DNA from: Eledone cirrhosa
Lineage: Eukaryota
Direction: 5' to 3'
Assembly (NCBI GenBank): GCA_964016885.1
Contig: OZ024746.1
Span: forward strand, 63,860,001-63,924,000
DNA: 64,000 nt
Within the stretch, counting starts at the first letter, position 1, and each line of letters begins with the position of its first letter. Shown here one piece after another: positions 57,448-64,000 of the stretch. The notes beneath the pieces are model-generated. The model was not told the origin of the DNA. It saw nothing but the letters and a program-made list of their open reading frames with translations, and did not search any database. Made by a program: the position numbers and the translations under genes.

Positions 57448-57930
57448 CGACGACCGCAACAACAACTGAGACCACCATCACTGACCATCTACCACCACCA
57501 CCATCACGACACCATCCACCACCTTCACCACCACCACAATCACCATCACTGCCACCATCCACCACCACCGCCATCCACCACCACAACTACCACCATCACT
57601 GGCACCATCCACCACCACCGCCATCACCACCATCCACCGACACCATCCACCACCTTCACCACCACCACTACTAGCCCCATCCACCACCACCACCATCGCC
57701 ACCATCAGTCACCATCCACCACCACCACCATCACCATCACTGACACCATCCACCACCTCCACCACTACCACCACCACCATCACTGACACCATCCACCACC
57801 ATCACCATGACTGACACCATCCACCACCACCACTACCATCACTGACACCATCCACCACCACCACCATCACTGGCACCATCCACCACCATCATCACCACCA
57901 TTCACCACCACCACCACCACCACCATTACC
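57100..57930. repeat. (CAA)n/(CAC,CAT)n low-complexity region with short duplicated modules
   Basis: caccattgtctg occurs three times; CACCATCCACCACC modules. Confidence 0.85.
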
Positions 57931-58033
57931 AGCGTAAAGCAAACAATTATTATTATTATTATATAAAAACTGAACTGGACTAGGAAAAGTCAACAGTTGA
58001 CATGATTTTGATTTTGTATCAGTACTGCCGGTA

Positions 58034-58066
<33 letters not shown>

Positions 58067-58189
58067 AGTGGTGTGCGTGTTTGTATGCATGAATGAGTGT
58101 TGGTGTGTGAGTGGCATAGGTGTTTGTAGTTTGTATGCATGAGTGTTGGTGTGTGAGTGTGTGTGTGCGTGTCGTGTCAATAAGTGTTT

Positions 58190-61100
58190 TTTTTTAATGA
58201 CCATGCTGTAAAATGGAGGAGTAGAGAGGGCCCTTGAGTCTAGTAAGACAACCTCTCTAGTGCTGGTGGCACAAATAAAAGCACCCAGTCCATGCTGTAA
58301 AGTGGCGCTGGTGTTAGGAAGGGCATCCAACCAGTGTATCAATGCCAAAACGCTTATCAGCACAGCAACAAATAGGAACAACAACAAAATATGAAGACGT
58401 CGCATCTCAGAGTTGCAACTCTTAATGTTGGCACTCTCAGAGGTAGATCTGGTGAAATAGCGGAGATGCTGGAGAGAAGGTATGTGGATGTGTGCTGCGT
58501 GCAAGAGTTGAGATGGAGAGGTGCCTCTGCGAGACTAGTCGTAGGCAAATATCTTAGCTATAAGCTTTTCTGGGTAGGTAAGGATGATGGGTTAGGGGGA
58601 GTAGGCATTTTCCTGGCTGAGAGATGGATCAATAAGACATTAGAGGTAGTTCGAGTTAGTAATCGAATAATTAAGCTTAGATTAGTTGTAGGCAGGAGAC
58701 TACTGACAATCATCTCTGCCTATGCTCCCCAAGCAGGCCTAGGCAAAGATGAGAAAGACTGCTTTTACGAGCAACTTTTACAAACAACCGCAATGACAGA
58801 GGATGGAAACATCGTTATGCTAGCAGGGGACTTCAATGGTCGTGTTGGACAGCTCCAGGATGGTTACACTGGGGTACATCTTGAATTTTGTGATGACTAT
58901 TTGCAACACAAACTTCCAGAAACCTGCCAATCACCTAATAACCTACAAATCTGGCGAGCACATAAGCCAGATTGACTTCTTACTAGTTAGGCAGCGGGAT
59001 AGGCAGATAGTCTCTAATACCAAGGCATACCCTGGGGAAGAATGTACTCCACAGCATAGGTTAGTCGTTAGTGATATCTCAGTAAGCAAGAGATGGAATG
59101 AGACATACAGGAAGGTGTGGAGAAGAAAGGTCTGGAAGCTAAAAGACCTTTCACTAAAATACAAATTTAGGAAAGCCCTTCAAGATGTGTATGACAAAAA
59201 AGAAGATGATTTAGAGTCGTATGACATAGATGATAACTGGAATTTCTTACGTGACAACTTACTGCAGGCTACTGATGAAACTTGTGGCTGGAGCAGAGCT
59301 CCAACTAGACAGAGAGTGACCTTGTGGTGGAACAGCACGGTAGGTAGGGCCATTAGAGACAAAAGACTAGCATGGAAGGCTTGGAAAAAGGGTGGGAGTA
59401 GGGAAGAATATACAGCCGCTAAGAGAAAAGCTAGACGTCAGGTGTACTTAGTACGCAGGGAGGCTGAGAGTAGGAGGTTTGCCAATGTTCTGCAATTGGA
59501 AGATCAGAGGCGTGCGGTGTTCCACAATGCAAGGCAGTGTGTCAATGCAAATCAGGATGTTATTGGAGATAAATGTGTCCAGAATGATGCCGGTGTACTT
59601 AGTGTCATGAATGATCAGAAAAAGGAGGCCTGGAAATGTCATTATGAGAGACTGATGAATGTGGAGAACGAATGGGAGAGAGAGAAATTACCCTTAGTAG
59701 TTCCGACAGAGGGACCAGCTTTTGAGATTGACGAATATAGGGTCCAAGAGGTGATTAAGGAAATGAAAAATGGTAAGGCTGCTGGACCATTGGGAATAGT
59801 TGCTGAGATGCTGAAGGCATCAGGGGACGTAGGCACTAAACTGGTTGCACGCATCATCAATCTGGTTATATATGGTGGTGTCATACCCAAAGACTGGCAC
59901 AGCAGTATTCACATAAATTGCTACAAAGGTAAAGGGGATGCTCTGGAGAGGAGCAATTATAGGGGTATAAAACTGATGGATCAGGTTATGAAAGTGGCAG
60001 AAAGGATATTAGCACAACTAATTAGAGAAAGGGTCAAACTAGATGAGATGCAGTTTGGTTTTGTGCCTGGGAAGAGTACAACAGATGCCCTCTTCTTGGT
60101 GAGACAATTGCAAGAGAGGTTCTTAGAGAAAAATAAGCCGCTATACTTAGCCTTTGTTGACCTAGAGAAGGCCTTTGATAGGGTACCCCAATCTGTCATC
60201 TGGTGGTCCCTAAGGAAACTAGGTGTTGAGGAATGGCTTGTGAGGACAGTGCAAACTTTGTACAGAGGTACTCTCAGTAAAGTCAGGGTAGGAATCGAGT
60301 TTAGTGAGGAATTCCAGATACAAGTAGAAGTACATCAAGATTCGGTCCTCAGCCTGCTCTTGTTCATTATAGTCCTCCAAGCCATAACAGAGGAGTTTAA
60401 GACTGGCTGTCCATGGGAACTTCTTTATGCTGACGATCTGGTTCTTATAGCAGAATCAGTAGAGGAGCTAGAGAATAAATTCTGGCTATGGAAACAGCAG
60501 TTGGAAGCAAGAGGACTGAGAGTGAACCTAGCTAAGACAAAAGTGTTGATGAGTAGAAAAGAGGACAAAACTGATTCCGTCAGGGAAATGGCCATGTTTG
60601 ATATGCAGAAAAAGAACTGGCATAAATTCTATAAAATGCACACAATGCAGATCCTGGGTACACAAGAGATGTAGCGGGATAGCAGGCAAACTAACAGGTA
60701 GGGAGATATATGTATGCAGTAGATGTACAGGGAAATTAGACAGTAGAAGTCGCATTGATAGACACATTTTTCAAATGCAGGAGGGAGCTATAGAAGTGGT
60801 GGATAGCTTCCGGTACCTAGGAGATCAGATTAGCATGGGAGGAGGGTGTTCCGAGGCCATAGTATTTAGAATAAGGACGGGTTGGAAGAAGTTTAGGGAG
60901 CTGCTTCCTCTGCTGACGAAGAAGGGTTTCTCCCTGCGTACGAAAGGCCGGTTGTATGATGCTTGTGTGAGGAGTGCGATGCTGCATGGTAGTGAGACAT
61001 GGGCAGCAACTGCAGAGGATATGCGACGGCTGGAGAGAAATGAGGCAAGCATGCTCCGTTGGATGTGAAGTGTAAATGTCCGTGGATGACCCATCATGAA

Positions 61101-61428
61101 TGTTTTGAGAGAGAAACTGTGTCTGAGAGGGATAGAATGTAGTGTACAGGAGAGGAGACTGAGGTGGTATGGACATGTGATGCGCATGGAGGATGACCGA
61201 TGGGTGAAGAAGTGCCAAGAAATGCCAGTTGAAGGAAGACGTGGTAGAGGTAGACCACGAAAAACATGGGCGGAGGTGGTGAGAACAGACCTCAGATTGT
61301 TGAAGCTCACGGTGGAGATGACGAAGGACCGTGACGAGTGGAGAGATGCTGTGCTGAATAAGACCCGTCCCACCCTTGCAAGCAGGGAAAAGTGGACGTA
61401 AAATGATGATGATGATGATGATGATGAT
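58190..61428 (+). mobile_element. Essentially full-length RTE-clade LINE (APE + RT + PHD-like finger), pseudogenised
   Basis: ORF remnants 58391-61401: VATLNVGTL, CCVQELRW, ISAYAPQ, AGDFNG, NYRGIKL, QFGF, FVDLEKAFDRVP, LLYADDLV; (GAT)n tail. Confidence 0.95.
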
Positions 61429-62419
61429 AGTAAAATGAAAAATATATAATACTTATTTATGCATAGTATATATTATATTATTTATTATATATAAATTAAC
61501 GATTTTATTTATATATTGTTTACAATTTGTGTGAAGGCAGGTCCCTCTTGAAATAGGGGTGGGGGGGGGGGGGCGCTGAAGGTTATTATGTGGCTGTGAG
61601 GGGGGCAAGGGAAGTGGCCCCAAAAGTTTGAGAACCTCTGATTTAACAATACAGCTAACACACACACATGGATGTGTATGCAAACACATGCACATGCATA
61701 TTAAGCCAAAACACTGGTTTACCTGTTGTAAATGTTTTGTAAGCTTTGATGTTCTACTGTTGTTGTTGCTGTTAATTAATCCTAGGTCAGTCCTGACTTA
61801 GTAGATATATCATCAAAGATGATTAAGTCATTACTCTTCTTCATTTTGGACATTATCCTTATTTAAAAAATTTTATTGAGATTTGGGTGCTATTTCCAGC
61901 AAATTGAGCAACTCTGTAACGGCTTTGATGTGCTTTCATAGGCTAGTGCAGAGCTCTGATTTCATAACATCAAGCAGATAAGAAGTAAATTTTCCCTAGA
62001 GAGGCTGCTGTTTTATTTTAAGTGATATTGTAACTATTCTTGAAAGCTATGTGAACCGAAACAAATAGAATTCAATGTTCATCCTACCATTAGACATTGA
62101 AATGTCAGCAGTTGATTTAAACTAAAGACATCCATATTTCTCATCTTTTGGCATTTTCTTTGCTTGTAAATTTACATGCAGTGCTGTTATAATATATTGA
62201 TCTTTTCTCTTATCTTCCACCAATTTAGCCTCTGAGGGGCCTTGTGTCATAGCCACCTAACTTTTTCAGTCATTCATTTTTGAGACAAAAATATGAAAGC
62301 TTCTCTGTGGTTACTGAACCTGCTAAAATAGTAGCCAAATCTCCCTCATCTTACATCCAGCCTAAAATTTAAAGAAACATTGGATAACATCTATGGATAA
62401 CATTGGATAACATCTATGA

Positions 62420-62752
62420 ACGTGGCTGGTTTCGCTTAGGGATCCAGCTGGATCAATTAGAGATGATTGCTTCTGACAGGACCTGCTGGGAAGCGTGCTT
62501 GAGGACTCTGTCCCCACGAAGAAGAAGAAAAAAGAAAAAAAAGAAAAAGAAAAAGAAAAAGAAAAAGAAGAAAAAGAAAAAAGAAATAAAAGAAAAGATG
62601 AAGAAGAAAAAGGCAGAGGAAAAGAAGGAATAAAAGAAGGAAAAGAAGAAGGAAAAGAAGAAGAAAAAGAAGAAAAAGAAAAAGAAAAAGAAAAAGAAAA
62701 AGAAAAAGAAAAAGAAAAAGAAGAAAAAAAAGAAGAAGAGGAAGAAGAAGAA
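62420..62752 (+). mobile_element. Extreme 3' fragment of an RTE-like LINE with an expanded (GAA/AAA)n tail
   Basis: LEMIASDRTCWEACLRTLSP; acattggata flanks both sides (62400 and 62754) as a likely TSD. Confidence 0.6.
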
Positions 62753-63422
62753 GCACATTGGATACTGTAGTTGTATCCAATGTGCTTCTTCTTAACATGA
62801 ACAACCAGGTTGAAATATATTTGTTCTTAGGTCTACTCAATCAGACAGAACATGGGCTAAACAACATTAACACCATGATAAATTTACTTGTGAAACTTTT
62901 CTGTTGTGCTTTTAACAAGAATTACCCCTGATACCCTGTTACAGATTTCTACATGTAAATTTAATTAAAATATCATGGTAATTAAGGAGTAGTAATTGTA
63001 AAGTGAATTGTCTAATTTATATTTTTATTTTTGCTTTACTGGCTTGGTCTGGAGATTCACAGGTCTTCTGGGAATGGTGAGATTGATGAAAATCACAGAA
63101 ATTTAACTAGAGTGTCTATTTTCACACCAAACTTGGAAGAACATCAAAGACCCTATGGGATATATTGCAAGTGTTAATTATTATCATTATTATTAGGATG
63201 GCGGATTGGCAGTATCGGTAGAGTATTGAATAAAATATGTTGCAGTATTTAATTATGACTTCCTATGTTTTGAGTTCAAATGCAGCCAAGTCAACTTTAC
63301 TTTTCATCCTTCTGGGGTTGATAAAATAAGTACCAATAATGCACTGGAGTTGATTTAATCAACTTTCCTCTCCCTCAAAATTGTTGGCCTTGTGCCTAAA
63401 TCAGAAACCATTATTATTATAA

Positions 63423-63546
63423 GTTTACGGCCATATCACACTGAAAACACCGGTTCTCGTCCGATCACCGAAGTTAAGCAACGTCGAGCCTAGTTAGTAC
63501 TTAGATGGGTGACCGCCTGGGACTTGGGAACCCTAGGTGCCGTAAC
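63423..63546 (+). pseudogene. 5S rRNA pseudogene
   Basis: gtttacggccatatc...gttctcgtccgatcaccgaagttaagc...ttagtactt.gatgggtgaccgcctgggA...ggtgccgtaac; 7-nt internal duplication (ctgggac/ttgggaa); T6 run downstream. Confidence 0.9.
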
Positions 63547-64000
63547 CGTTTAATTTTTTAGGGCGTTGGATTGGCAGTACCGGTAGAGGGTCGGACGCCA
63601 TGCTTTGCAGCAAAAAGTTACGGCCCTTTATGGTTTGAGTTCAAATCCCGCCGAGGTTAACTTTGCCTTTCATCCTTACGGGGTCGATAAAATAAAGTAC
63701 CAGTAATACACTGGGATAATTGCTGGCCTTGTGCCAAAAGTAGAAACCATTATTATTATAAGTTGAATTGAAATCCTGCTAAGGTTAGCTTTGCTTTTCA
63801 TCCGTACAGGGTCGATAAAATAAAGCACCAGTAATGCACTGTGGTTGATTTAATTGACTTTCCCCTCCCCTTCAAATTGCTGGCCTTGTGCCTAAAGTAG
63901 AAACAATTATTATTATTATAAGTAGGGCTGTGGATTAGCAGTGTCAATAAAGTGTCAGAGAGCATGCATTGTGGCATAGAGCTATGGCTTATTATGTTGT

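Noticed and set aside
61560-61640. hAT MITE end (aaagtttgagaacctctg)
   Set aside because: No matching opposite terminus or TSD found
63423-63546. Functional 5S rRNA gene
   Set aside because: Solitary, carries a 7-nt internal duplication and is embedded among SINEs

Overview
AT-rich, repeat-saturated eukaryotic (animal) DNA with no recognisable host exon. The SINE/LINE repertoire suggests a coleoid cephalopod such as Octopus (inference). Contents: three RTE-clade LINE copies with a PHD-like finger after the RT, a decayed BovB-type LINE, a near full-length pseudogenised Helitron plus non-autonomous relatives, two Penelope-like (RT + GIY-YIG) elements, many tRNA-derived SINEs, a 5S rRNA pseudogene fused to a SINE, 45-bp, 206-bp and ~1.39-kb tandem arrays, and a 6-kb GGT/GAT/GGA triplet mosaic. 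Nearly all long ORFs in the track are microsatellite artefacts. Two signals stand out. (1) A ~1.1-kb tract in the Penelope-like element (26510-27600) carries massive strand-specific A-to-G change with ADAR-like neighbour bias, consistent with a hyper-edited RNA fixed in genomic DNA. (2) A zoo of unrelated short elements sits in or beside (TA)n tracts, carries minimal type-I hammerhead ribozymes and often occurs as fold-back palindromes of up to ~370 bp.
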